A DNA stretch of 64,000 nt from Octopus sinensis (taxonomy: Eukaryota), in NCBI RefSeq assembly GCF_006345805.1, contig NC_043014.1:26846001-26910000 (forward strand). Reading direction: 5' to 3'. The notes beneath the pieces were generated by a model. The model worked only from the letters and a program-made list of their open reading frames with translations, was not told the DNA's origin and searched no databases. The translations under genes and the position numbers were made by a program. How positions within the stretch are numbered: the first letter of the stretch is position 1; every line of letters begins with the position of its first letter. Shown one piece after another: positions 13,201-26,190 of the stretch.

Positions 13201-13545
13201 GATGCAGGAGTGGCTGTGTGGTAAGTAGTTTGCTTACCAACCACATGGTTCCGGGTTCAGTCCCATTGCGTGGCATCGTGGGCAAGTGTCTTTTACTATA
13301 GCCTCGGGTCGACCAAAGCTTTGTGAGTGGATTTAGTAGACGGAAACTGAAAGAAGCCCGTCATATATATATATATGTATGTATGTGTCCCCACCCCCAA
13401 CATTGCTTGACAACCGATGCTGGTGTGTTTATGTCCCCATAACTTAGCGGTTCGGTAAAAGAATAAGTCCTGGGGTCAATTTGTTCAACTAAAGGCGGTA
13501 CTCCAGCATGGCCTCAGTCAAATGACTGAAACAAATAAAAGAATA
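13201..13545 (+). mobile_element. tRNA-headed bipartite SINE
   Basis: A-box-like TGGCTGTGTGG and B-box-like GGTTCAGTCCC. Same body as 59413-59787 and 62095-62537, with a central TA/TG linker. Confidence 0.85.
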
Positions 13546-15953
13546 TATATTTTTTCTTAGCAGCACCTACAATTAGTACAGCTTGAAAATTATATCAGAG
13601 AATGGTGAAAAAGCATAACACAACATTGGAGAGACAGTTGTAGATAGATGAGAATTGTGATAGACAACAATTTGTGCTGCTAATGAACTGATTCAATCTT
13701 GTTTCAGTAGAAATATGATACTTTCTGCTAAAACATAATTTTTAAGAGACAGGAGTAGTGTCTTTGAAACTTCTATTGTTTGGCTATTTAATACCATTAT
13801 GACATTTATACTCAGTATTTCAATATCTGAGTAGCAGGTCTTACATAAATTGCTTTGTTTAAGAACACAGTGCACACTCGTTTTTTAAAGAAGTCAATTC
13901 TCTATTCATCATTGCAATTCTTTCTGTTTTTTATCTTTTACTTGTTTCACTCATTAGTCTGGGGCATCAGCTTGAAGAACTTTTAGTCAAATGAATCAAT
14001 CCCAGTGCTTTTTTTTTAAGCTTGCTACCTATTCTGGAATATTTTTTTTTCTGAACTGTTAAGTTACAAGGACATAAATACACCAACACTGGTTCTCAAG
14101 TGGTGGAGTGGAGGGACACACATATATGTACAACAAGCTTCTTTCAGTTTCTACCTACTTGATCCACTCACAAGGTTTTGGTTTGTCCAAGGCTTTAGTA
14201 GAAGACACTTGCCCAAGGTGCCACATAGTGGGACTGAACCCTGAACAGTGTGGTTGGGAAGCAAACTTCTTACCACACCTGCATCTGTATTCATGTTATA
14301 TTTTGTTCAATAGATCATTATAAAAGAATTATGTTGAGGTATAATTATATATATATATAATATGAGGGAATTCTGTAATTGTTGTTTGGAAATTCATTCA
14401 AAAGATAGGTCACTATAAGATTTTCCATGCCGAGTCATCTAACACACTGGAGAGAGATTTGATTACTATTTCTAGCAGGTTAAGTGAATATTTAGAAGAT
14501 CCCTCATTGGTACCTTCACTGATATTTTTGCAGTTTTGTTATACGGAATCCCTTAACTCCAATGAAAATCCCGTATGATTTACTGGCATCCTGTCCAGTG
14601 TTAGTTAAATAGATTTATGATTGATTTGTTCAATGCAGAGATTATTATCAGACTACTGATCCATGGGAGTCTGTAATGGAATTAGATTTCTTCCTTTTTA
14701 AATTTTGACAAGCTCAGGTATCTAAGGGTTGGGGTTGAGGACATTGTCAAGTGAGGTGCTATTCTGGCAAGGATTGAAATAAAAATTAGTGCAGTAGTTA
14801 GTTTGGTCTACATAGTGAGTGGCCCACAGTGTAGTGGAACCTATTTATAGATAGTTGAATCAATTAACAAAGATGTTCCACCTTTGACTACGCAATTTTT
14901 TTATTCAGACATAGTACTCACAGAACTGTATAGTTAAATGTTTCCTTCTTTCAGCTATCAAAAGGTGTAATTTGAAGTAGATTTGGCTGCTACTTCTAGA
15001 AGGTCAATAGACCATGTAGAGCACACACACCCCCACCCCGCCTTTTTTTTTTTTTGTCTTCCAGATCAGCCCTACTCAAGCAAACCCAAAATTAAAGGCA
15101 TTCCAACCATGCCCATACTGTCTTTTATAAAAAACCCACCAGATTACATTACGGTAAGATGTAGTTTGGCTGTTATTTCTAGCAGATAAAGTAACCATAT
15201 AGAGGCACTCCCTCATTGGTTTTCTATTGCTGGTGATCCACTCTGATACAAAAGATAGGATATAAATTAGCTGCCTACATCCATCCCCATCCAGTCTGTA
15301 GTCTGGCATGTTAGTTAATCTCTGTAGTGTGAAACTAATATTCTTGAACATTATTACAACAGCTATGTAGAATAATAGTATAAAAGTGCCTCTTTGATGG
15401 GATTTTTATTCTGGAGCATGTGGGTGGGTAGCTGGATGGATTTTGTTATTACTAAATTGTGTATAGATGTGTTACCAGGAAATTAATATTTATTAAAAAA
15501 GCAATCTTTTTCTCTAATGAAAAATAGTTGCCAGACAGTTTTTAATCTATTTTCCCTTTTCACTTGCTAGAAATCAAGAAACAACCTTGACATCTTTCAA
15601 AATAGTCTTTCAATTACATATAATGTAAATTTAACTCTCTCTTTCTCTCTCTCTCTCTTTTCCTTCTCATTTATTCTTGCATTTATTGCATCTACTTATG
15701 ATCAATATAATGCTCAAGAAGTGATTTGCATTATTGCCTCAGGACAGCTATTGTTAATAATACTTATGACAATGATGTTTGTATTGGTGATGATGTTGAT
15801 GTAACAGCAGGCTATAAAATTATAAAATTCTGATAGCTGATGATAATTTAAAGATGTGATGATTAACTGGTTGGACTATTTGAACCAATAATGATAAATT
15901 TAGACTACTTCAAACACAGGGCTGTGGAGAGAGGATTCTCTCTAACCCCACTT

Positions 15954-16970
15954 CTCTCCAGCCTTCATCAGGTGTCTTGGGGAAATTTCGAACCTGGGTT
16001 CTCATTCCTAAGGTATTTTTTGTTCTTGTTGTTGTTTTCAAGGTGGCATTCTGACAGAATTGTTAGCACACTGGGCGAAATGCTTAGCAGTATTTCGTCT
16101 GTCATCATGTTTTTCCAAGTAGTCAGACTTGTCCAACACCACTGTAGCATTTCCCTTGTCTGATGAAAGTATTATGGTGGAATTGTCCCTCTGTAGTCTT
16201 TTGATAGTGAACGTTTCTTCCTTAGTGATGTTTGGTTTGGGAAGTTTCACTTTTTCTAGCACCTGTCTCACTTTCCATCTTAGTTCATCTCCCTGAGCTT
16301 TTGGTATCTTTATGGCTATCTCTTCAATAGGGGCTATTATGTCCAAGTATGGAATGTGCTTGATGGTTGTCACAAAGTTGAGACCTTTGTTTAGTACTGC
16401 TTCTTGCATTAATTACTGCTTTAGTCTTCATTCTCTGACCTTTGAGTTTCATAAACTTCTTAATCTGGCGTGTCTTCACCATTTCAAATTCTTTCATGTA
16501 TGACTTTTCTAGATCTTGTTGGATTCTCTTTCCATCATCATCTCTGGTTATTTTCCTAAGTAATGAAGATAACCTCTCTTTGATTTCATTACTTAGTTGA
16601 TGTTTTTTCCAACAGTTGTAGCGGATCCTCTTGCGGACGAGGGTATGTCTTGCCTTTTCTGCTACTCTTCTAGCATTATATGAATCCACTGGTGTCATTA
16701 TATTCAAGCCAGGTGGTACTAGCTTTGAATCTCTACCACCTGGCTTGAATATAATGACACCAGTGGATTTATATAAAGCTAGAAGAGTAGCGGAAAGAGC
16801 AGAACATGCCCTTGTTCGTGAGAGTCGTACATGAAAGAATTTGAAATGATGAAGGCTGGAGGGTATATCAGCCAAAACGTTGTGTTAACAACAAACAAGA
16901 TGAGGACAAATATCCATCGAATGTAAATAATGTACATAATTCCTCATCTCTTAAATACAGAACTGTATCT
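15954..16970 (-). mobile_element. Penelope-like element remnant (N-terminal ORF region) with an inverted partial copy and pLTR pieces
   Basis: VLNKGLNF...NITKEE...IILSSDKGNATVVLDKSDY is a typical PLE pre-RT region. There is an inverted repeat centred on 16726 and hammerhead-like motifs at both ends. Confidence 0.85.
16846..16886 (+). ncRNA. Degenerate minimal type I hammerhead ribozyme
   Basis: aTGATGA-a-GGCTG-gagggtatat-CAGCC-AAAA-CGTT-GTGTT. The core C3 and the G of GAAA are mutated. The missing 5' part (GACAC-CTGATGA-AGGCTG) is intact on the minus strand at 15954-15976. Confidence 0.6.
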
Positions 16971-18346
16971 CTCTGTTGTAGTCCTTCATCTCCTTTTTAA
17001 GGCTCAGTATCTTTAGATCTACCATCACAACTTCTGCCTACATCTGTTTTTATAGTCTTCAGGCTTCTACTTGCATCATCTGATAGATTTTCACTGCAAC
17101 TGTCATTTTTCATGTGCATCACATTTCCATATCATTGCAGTCTTCTCTCTTGTACACTACAACGAAATATACACCGCCGGAAGTTGTTGTTGACAAACAA
17201 CAGCAGTAATTTTATTCAGCTGAATACACATCATTGATTGGTTGAAATTACTAAAATACAACGTTAACACGAAATCACTTTGAAAATACAAACTTTTCTC
17301 AACAACACTAAGAGTAAAAGATGTTTTATATGACACATTCTACCAGTGTCCGAAGTTTGAAAGTGTTTAGTTACAAAAAATTAATTTCTCGATATGCCGT
17401 TCAAAGGGTAAATATCCATTATTCCCACCAGCAATGAGGTAGTCTGTATATGACTGCTTGACCCGCTAGAAATATTTCCATCAAATTACACTCAGCACCT
17501 TAAAGATTGGAAGGACACATTGTATAATGTGGCTGTAGATTACATACATGATGTCTGAACTTTAAAAGAAAATGGGAGAGTCAGAGCTGGAATAGCTTTG
17601 TTTATTGGTTGTGTTTAGTGAAAGCTGACCTAGAGGTAAATGACAACATACTACACAGATGCTGTTTAGGGAACTTTTTTGTCTTTTCACAAACAAGACA
17701 CAGTTTACATAAAAAGATATTGAATTAATAGCATAATAATAATAATGCTTCCTGTTTAGAAACCTTATGAGTTTAGCAATTAGATTTAGTTCTGCAAAAA
17801 TTTGAATTCAAACCCATAAAATAGTGACTTAGTTACATAACATGACTTGACTTCTCACCATTAATACTTAAAATCCTTTTTTTTTTTTTTGAAATGTACC
17901 ACAAGAGTATTTCAGAAGGCTGTCACATGTGTGAATACTTTTTTTTACATGGGCCATGACATCTCAAAGCTTAAGATAGGCAGGACATGGAAATTGTGAT
18001 GTTAGTCTCAATTTAGAGAACCATAAACAAATGTATGCAGATTATTTTCACTCTTTTAGTGCATTCTCTCTTTGTCTATCCATCCATAATTCAGTGTATG
18101 TGTGTATCTATTAAGACAAGCAGAATATACATTTGGTCCATCATAACATTCTAACCATTTGTCTTCATGACAGAATACATTTTTATTGCTCTTAGCTAAT
18201 GAGGTGTGAAATGGCCCTTTCTCTACATGCTCAAGAATACTACATGCTGCTCTGTCCAGGAGTTAAACCCACAACCCTAAGATCATAAGCTGAACACCCT
18301 AACCTCAAAGCTACTCACCTTCACATTTAACGTTTAATGCAGCATT

Positions 18347-20730
18347 AAAAAGTTAGCAGTGTGTGGTAGGAGAGAAGTGTGTTTGCATGGAAGATGGTTC
18401 ACTTGTGCTAAATGAGGATGCAAAGAGAGGTTTGGAGACGCCACTATGAAAAGTTGCTGAATAAAGAAAATGAATGGGATAAAGAGAGTCTGCCGAATTT
18501 TGACCCAACAGAGGGACCAGCTATCAGAGTTGATAGTTCCTTGGTAGTTAAGGCAATTAGAAGCATGAAGACAGGGAAAGCCCCAGGCCCATCAGGTATC
18601 ACTGCAAAGATGCTCAAAATATCTGGTAGCGTCGGCTATAGCCTAGTCACCCGTATAGTTAATCAAGTGATACACGAAGGAGTCATACCCAATGACTGGT
18701 GTAGCAGCATGATAGTCAACTGCTACAAAGGTAAAGGTGACGCCCTAGATACAAATAATTACAGAGGTATCAAGCTGTTGGATCAGGTGATGAAGGTTAC
18801 GGAGAGGGTCATAGCCCAACTAATTAGAGAGAGAGTTAGTTTAGATGAGATGCAGTTTGGGTTCGTGCCAGGGAAAAGTACCACTGATGCTATATTCCTG
18901 GTAAGGCAGCTGCAGGAGAAATACCTAGCCAAAGATAAGCCCCTGTACTTGGCTTTTGTTGACATGGAGAAAGCCTTCGACAAGGTCCCCCGATCCCTCA
19001 TCTGGTGGTCAATGAGGAAACTAGGGATAGATGAATGGTTAGTGAGAGCTGTGCGAGCCATGTACAGGGACGCTGCTAGTAAGGTGAGGGTTGGCAACGA
19101 GTACAGTGAAGAATTCCAGGTAGAGGTAGGGGTCCACCAAGGCTCAGTCCTCAGCCCCCTCCTATTTATCATAGTCCTCCAGGCAATAATGGAGGAATTC
19201 AAGACAGGATGCCCTTGGGAGCTCCCCTATGCTGATGACCTTGCTCTAATTGCCGAGTCACTATCAGAACTGGAGGAGAAGTTTCAGGTGTGGAAGCAAG
19301 GTTTAGAATCGAAGGGCCTTAGAGTCAATCTAGCTAAAACCAAAGTCCAAATAAGTAGGAAGGTAGACAAATCACAAACTCCTTCAGGTAGATGGCCCTG
19401 CTAGATCTGTAGAAAAGGTGTAGGTAGAAACTCTATAAGATGCACCAAGTGTAAGCTATGGACACATAAGAGGTGCAGCAATGTCAAAGGAAGGCTAACT
19501 AGGTAGATGGTTTTCGTATGTGGCAGATGCTCAGGAACAATAAACACTGAAAATGCTCTGAGACCAACTTCTGTCACTTTCCAGGGAGAAAAACTAGAAA
19601 TAGTTGATAGCTTCCGTTACCTAGGTGACCAAGTCAGTAGCGGGGGTGGATGTGCTGAAAGTGTAACTGCTAGAGTAAGAATAGCTTGGGCAAAGTTCAG
19701 AGAGCTCTTACCTCTGCTGGTGACAAAAGGCCTCTCGCTCAGAGTAAAAGGCAGACTGTATGACGCGTGTGTACGAACAGCCATGCTACATGGCAGTGAA
19801 ACATGGGCCATGACTGCTGAGGATATGCGTAAGCTCGCAAGAAATGAAGCCAGTATGCTCCGATGGATGTGTAATGTCAGTGTTCATAATCGACAGAGTG
19901 TAAGTACCTTGAGAGAAAAGTTGAACCTAAGAAGCATCAGTTGTGGTGTGCAAGAGAGACGTTTGCGCTGGTATGGTCATGTGACGAGAATGGCTGAAGA
20001 TAGTTGTGTGCAAAAGTGCCACACCCTAGCAGTTGAGGGAACCTGTGGAAGAGGTAGACCCAGGAAAACCTGGGACGAGGTGGTGAAGCACAACCTTCGA
20101 ACTTTGGGTCTCACCAAGGAAATGACTAGAGACCGAGACCTATGGAACTATGCTGTGCGTGAGAAGACCCGACAAGACTAGTGAGACCATAACCTGTGGC
20201 CTCTACCTGGTATGTAGCCAGTCGACTTATACATACCTTTCTTTCTTGGGACACAAAACTCCACTTGTGAAGACCCGTTGAGGCAAGTGAAAATCAAAAA
20301 ATCAAATCAAATCAGATATCAGAAAGCAGAACCAAAATCAAAGTCGATTAACATCAATGGAAATTGCGGCTGTGATACCAGTGCCGGTGAAGTAAGCGAA
20401 CCATCTGATCGTGACCGTTGCCAGCGCCGCCCCGACTGGTGACACGTAAAAAGCACCATCCGTTCGTGGCCGTTGCCAGCGCCGCCCCGACTGGCCTCCG
20501 TGCTGGTGGCATGTAAAAGCACCATCCGTTCGTGGCCATTTGCCAGCTGCGGGTGGCACGTAAAAAGCACCCACTACACTCGTGGAGTGGTTGGCGTTAG
20601 GAAGGGCATCCAGCCATAGAAACACTGCCAGATCAGACTGGGCCTGATGCAGCCTTCTGGCTTCACAGACCCCAGTTGAACCGTTCAACCCATGCTAGCA
20701 TGGAAAACGGACGCTAAATGATGATGATGA
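18347..20730 (+). mobile_element. Young 5'-truncated RTE-clade LINE (RT, PHD-like finger, C-terminus, 3'UTR) in MPP6 intron 1
   Basis: A single frame 18412-20181 has only two stops (19402 and 19504). RT motifs QFGF, DMEKAFD, GVHQGSVLSPLLF and YADD are present, with a (GAT)n tail at about 20719-20730. Confidence 0.97.
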
Positions 20731-21003
20731 GTACCATGCTTTATAGTGGATGTGGTTACTGCATCAATTTGCTGGTTTTTGGGGTTGTTGGAAGGTGTTA
20801 GTGTGGTCTTAGTGATGATGTTAGTGTCTTCTTTATATATTTCATTGTTTGAATTCTAAGATAGTATGTATGAAACAAAGTCTGTATGGTCTCCAAAGCT
20901 AATCAAAGATTTGTGTGACAAAGCTTTGTTTTGTTTCTCTCGTGGCACTTTCAGCTTTTTTTCATTACAACTTTTTTGTTTTCTTTTTTCCTGTTTTTGA
21001 CAG

Positions 21004-21116
21004 TTTATGCAACGGACTGTGATCCGGCTTGAGAAAGAACAGAACGAAGATGAAAACAACAGACTCATTGATGATGAGCATTGGGTCATTGATCAGCCAG
21101 TAGAGAAATCAGCTCA
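21004..21116 (+). CDS. MPHOSPH6: MPP6 coding exon 2 (113 nt)
   Basis: gacag|FMQRTVIRLEKEQNEDENNRLIDDEHWVIDQPVEKSA-ca|gtaagt. FMQR and the EHWxxD motif match human MPP6. Confidence 0.95.
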
Positions 21117-22242
21117 GTAAGTAATCCACAAGTTAGCATGATGTATGTATGTGAAGAGAGAAGTATGGCACTAAGGGATAGGGTTGGTACTACTGCATTG
21201 CAGTGATTTCAAACCCTTTCTTCAACTCTTCATTTCCTGTGTTCCATTTGTTTAAAAATACCCCCCAAAAGAGTCACACGTCACTTAGACATTTTAAAGG
21301 AACAGCCATAAATTTGATGGTTCTTTGTTTTAAGAATGTTTCTGCTCAAGGGAACCTCTTGTTTTAATGTTTCAAATTGCTGGGCTTTCTAGTGAGTACA
21401 ATAAGTAGTGACTAACCACCCCACTTTTATTCAAGTACAATGTATCTAGGATTGTATTAACCCAGTGTGTGTCTGTTTTCCCATAACTTAGCAGTTTGGC
21501 AAAAAAGACCCGGGGTTGATTCATCATTGTTATTCAGTGTTTGTTTTCCATGTTGGCAAGGGTTAGACAATTTGACAGGAACTGGTAAGCTGGAGAGCTG
21601 CACCAGACTCCAGTCTGTTTTGGCTTGGTTTCTATGGCTGGATGCCCTTCCTAACACCAACAGAGTGTACCAGGTGCCTTTTATGCGTCATTTGACTAAA
21701 ATTCTTCAAGGCAGTGCTTCAGCAATCTGCAGTTTAATGACTGAAACAAGCAAAAGTAAAGTGAGAGATTGGTGGAAGGGACAGACAAACACTTGTGTAT
21801 GATATTGAATCATTTATAAAAGATGTTTTATAAGCATAAGCTGAATTTTTGAAATAGCTGTAAAGGTATATCAAGGACTATAATTTCTCTGCCCAATATG
21901 TTTATGTTTACATTTATTTAACATCATTTTTTGCTGATATTACAGCTTTGATAAGTGCATGTCTATCATTTGTCTCTTTATTATCTCTCAAACTATACAT
22001 TTCTTATAGCCCACCTATTGTTTCACTGGAATGACATAATTTGATGAAATTTTCTTATTGTTAAATAATATTTCATCTAACTATTTCTTCAAACTACTTT
22101 GTTATTTATGACTTTATACACTCTTGATCGTTTTCTCTTGTACTATATATTCTATATGGTTTGTAGTACAAATCCATATATTGTGACTTACATGTCTATA
22201 TTTATATTGCTCAGATTTTTGTTCACTTATATTTTCTGGCAG

Positions 22243-22333
22243 GAGCTGTTTTGAAATCAATCCAAGCTATGTTTCCTGTGAAGGTCTGGTCTTTGGAAGA
22301 ATGTCATTTTTAGGTTTCAATCCTGAAATTGAA
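22243..22333 (+). CDS. MPHOSPH6: MPP6 coding exon 3 (91 nt)
   Basis: ggcag|g-SCFEINPSYVSCEGLVFGRMSFLGFNPEIE|gtaagt contains the family signature GRMSFxGFNPExE. Confidence 0.96.
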
Positions 22334-23107
22334 GTAAGTAAGCAACTGATTGCTCTACACCATATTATTTGTTTTCAAAAATATTTGAAAAGCTGTTTAC
22401 CTTTAGTTAGTAGTATATGTGTGTAAAGCATTGACATAACCTATTAGTAAGGGAGTGAATGTGTGTGTGTGTATGTAAATAAACATATAAACACACACGT
22501 TTGTGTGTATTATAAGTTAAAAAAACAATGAATTCACAAACAAATGAAAAGCAGACACAGAAGGTCACCAACTCCTCATCAGTTGTCATCCAGAGGGTCA
22601 AGCACAGTTTCATACCTTCAACAATAATATTGCTCCCCTTCTGGTGGTGCTGACAAGAAAAAGCTGCCAGGAAGTGGCTAGCCAACAAATAAGGGATCAA
22701 GCATGACAAAAAGTGAACAAACAAGAAATAAATATGCAATACAGAAAGTGGACATACATGAATAAATGTAATTCAAGATGAGACCATTAGTGGACTGATG
22801 AGGGACAAAGACAAAGTGTGCACATACGAACAAACTAAAATAAATGAATGGAATATGGCCTTAGAGCCAGACAGGAGACAGAAGTGTGGTTAACGCCAAG
22901 AAGAATATCCTTAAGGATTAGAAACAGGGCAACAGATAAACAGTGAAGCAGGTTGAAAGTGGGAGACTAGGAGAAAATACAAGTCACTTCAGAGTGAAAA
23001 GAGAATGTGACAATGACCATGGGTCATGTGTCAGTAGTAGAGGGCAGAGAGGAAAGGCAAGACAAGCAGATAGTGTAGAGAGGGAAAGGGAGAGAAAGGA
23101 AGAGGAA

Positions 23108-26100
23108 TATCATCATCATCATCATTTAACATCCGTTGTTCATACTGGCATGGGTTGGACAGTTTGACCATGGCTGACATGCTGGAAGGTTGCACCAGAC
23201 TCCAGTCTGATTTGACATGGTTTTCTATGGCTGGACACCCTTCCTAACTCCAACCACTCTGAGAGTGTAATGGGTGCTTTTGTACATGTCACAGGTGCCA
23301 TTTGCACGACACTAGTATCTGTAATTTTGCTTGGCTTGATGGGTCTTCTTAAGCATAACTTAATGCCAAAGGTCTTGGTCATTGTCTCTGTGAAGCCCAA
23401 CACTTGAAAGGAACTCAGCCACTTTGCCTCCATGAGGCCCAATACTCAAAAGTGCTCTTTACATGACATCAGCATCAGCTATGACTACGATTTCACTTGG
23501 CTTGATGGGTCTTCTCAATAGGTCACTAGTCATTGCCTCTTGTAAGGCTCAAAGTTTGATGATCATGCTGCACCACTTCATCTCATGTCTTCCTGTATCT
23601 ACCTCTACCTGAAGTTCTCTCTACGGAAATCAGCACTTCTTTATGCAGCTGTCCTCATCCATATGCATCACATGACCATACCAGCACAGTTGTCTCTCTT
23701 GCACACCACATATGATGCCTCTTATGCCTAACTTTTCTCTCAGGATGCTTATACTCTGTCAAACATGCACACAGACACTGCACATCCAGCAAAGCATACT
23801 GGCTTCATTTCTTTGAAGCCTACGCATGTCCTCTACTGTCACAGCCCATTTTTCACTGCTATGTAGCATAGCTGTTCACGCACAGGCATCATACAATCTG
23901 CCTTTCACTCTGAGAGAGAGGCACTTTGTTGCCAGCAGAGGTAGGAGCTCCATGAACTTTTCCCAGCCTATTCTTATTCTTACAACTATGCTCTCAGAGC
24001 ATCTACCTACACTACTACCTTGGTCATCTAGAAAACAGATGTTATCTACTACATCTAGCTTGCACCCCCTGCCAGTTGATGGAGTTTATTTTCTGCACAT
24101 TTTCAGCATTTATTGTATTTGTGCACTTTCCACATACAAAAGCTAGTTTCCTCGTTAACCTTCTTTTGATATTGCTGCACCTTTAATGTGTCCAAAGCTT
24201 ACGTTGGGTGCATCTTCATGGAGTTTCTTTATACACTTTTCCTACTGATTGAGCAGGGCCTCCCACCTGAAGAGATTTGGGATCTGTCTGCTTTCCTACT
24301 TTTCAAGACCTTGGTTTTTGCTAGGTTAAATCTAAGGCCCTTCAATTCCAGACCTTGCTTCCACACCTGAAATTTTCTCTCTTGTTCTGGTTGTAACTCA
24401 GCAATAAGAACAAGGTCATCAGCAGAGAGGAGCTCCCAGGGGCAGCCTGCTTAAATTCTTCTGTTATTGCCTGGATGGCTATGATGGACAAAATTGGGCT
24501 GAGCACCAATCCTTGGCAAATCTCTGCTTGTATCCTGAATTCTTCGCTGTACTCATTGCCCACCCTTACCTGACTGGTAACATCCCTGTACACAGCTTAT
24601 ACAGCCACTTGTCTATCCCTAGTTTCTGCATAGACCACTAGATAAGGGATCGGGGGACCTTGTCAGAGGCTTTCTCCAAGCAGTTGACTATGGTGCTGCT
24701 ACACCAGTCATTAGGTATGACTCCTTTGTGAACCACATGATTTACAATACGGGTGACTAGACCATAGCCCATACCACCAGATATTTTAAGCATCTCAGTA
24801 GTGATTCCTGATAGGCCGGGAGCTTTCCCTGTCTTCATATCCTTAATTGCTTTACCTACTAAAGAAATGTTGATTCGGGTAGCTGGTTTCCCTGTTGGGT
24901 CAACATTTGGCAGATTCTCCTCCTCCCATTCATTCTTTACATTCAGCAGTCTTTCATAATGGCACTTTGCAGAATCATTAAATGCAAGTGCATCATCATC
25001 CATGCAGACGCATTTCTCTCTTATGACATCGCGATTTTTTCTCACTGTCTTGTAATCTGAAGCACTTTAGTTCTTTGGTCCTCACGATACTCAACATTGA
25101 CAAACTTTTTTCTTTTCTGCTTCTCCCTTGGCCAGATATACATGTCTCCTAGCTTCCTTTCTGGCTAAATGATACAGTTCCCTGCTATCCTAACTCTTCC
25201 AGGCCTGTTTCTTTGTTCTAATGGCCTTGTCTACCGCATTGGTCCACCCCGACATTACCCTAGGTCTGGATGGGACTTTGCACCAGCCACAGATTTGATC
25301 TGTGGCACTCAGCAGGCTGTCCAGTAGGAATTCCCAGTTGCCCTCTATGTCATAAGTCTGTAGCTCCTCCTCACTTTCATCAAATTTCTCAATTAGGATG
25401 TCCCTAAATCTCTGGCAGAGTATTTAAACTTTCAAATCCTTTTCCAGATTGGTCTGCTTTTTGGCATTCTTCTGGCCTGGAATCTAGAATCACTAGTGAC
25501 TAGTTTATGCTGGGAGGTACAATCTTCACCAGAGAGTGTCTTTGTATTTAAGAGCAATCATGCATCCCACTGTCTAGTGATAATGTAATCGATCTGACTA
25601 GCACAGTAACCTGATTGGTAGGTTATCAGGGGTCTGACTGGCTTCTTGAAGTTGGTGTTGCATATCAATAGGCTATTTGCATCACAGAGCTCCAGTGGCC
25701 TTGTCCCTTCATTTCAGGAACAAATTCCATGGACACCATGGAAGATACCAGTCTGCCTTCTGACATGCCCATTGAAATCACCAGCTACAAAGATGAGATC
25801 ATCTTCACTTGTCTTTGAGGTAGCCTACAGAAGAATATCATAAAAGTGGTCCTTCTGTTCATTTGGTAGGCCTGCTTGTGGGGCATAGACAGAGATGATT
25901 ATACTATTCTGCAAGACTAGCCTGAGCTGAAGAACTCTGTTGCATACGCTCGCTACCTCTATGACCTTATCCACCCATTTTTCAGCAAGAAATATGCTCA
26001 CACCATCACTGTTACCTGCCCAGAAGATTTTATACATGTGTTTTGCCTGTGAGGAACCTGGCTGAAGCTCCTCTCTACCTTACCTCTTGGATGCAGCATA

Positions 26101-26190
26101 TATCAACATGCCTCCATCCAAGCATCTCAACAACCTCGCTAGACTTACCTTTCAATGTGCCTGCATTGACAGAACTAACTCTGAAAATTG
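23108..26190 (-). mobile_element. Near full-length degenerate RTE-clade LINE (APE endonuclease plus RT), antisense in MPP6 intron 3
   Basis: APE motifs (SVYAPQ, AGDFNGHV) and RT-region peptides (KTGKAPGLSGITTEMLK, PNDWCSSTIVN), with many frameshifts and a (CAT)n tail on the plus strand at about 23109. Confidence 0.93.

Noticed and set aside
16324-16875. 183-aa and 67-aa ORFs containing the same peptide on both strands
   Set aside because: This results from the inverted repeat in a Penelope remnant and is not a bidirectional gene.
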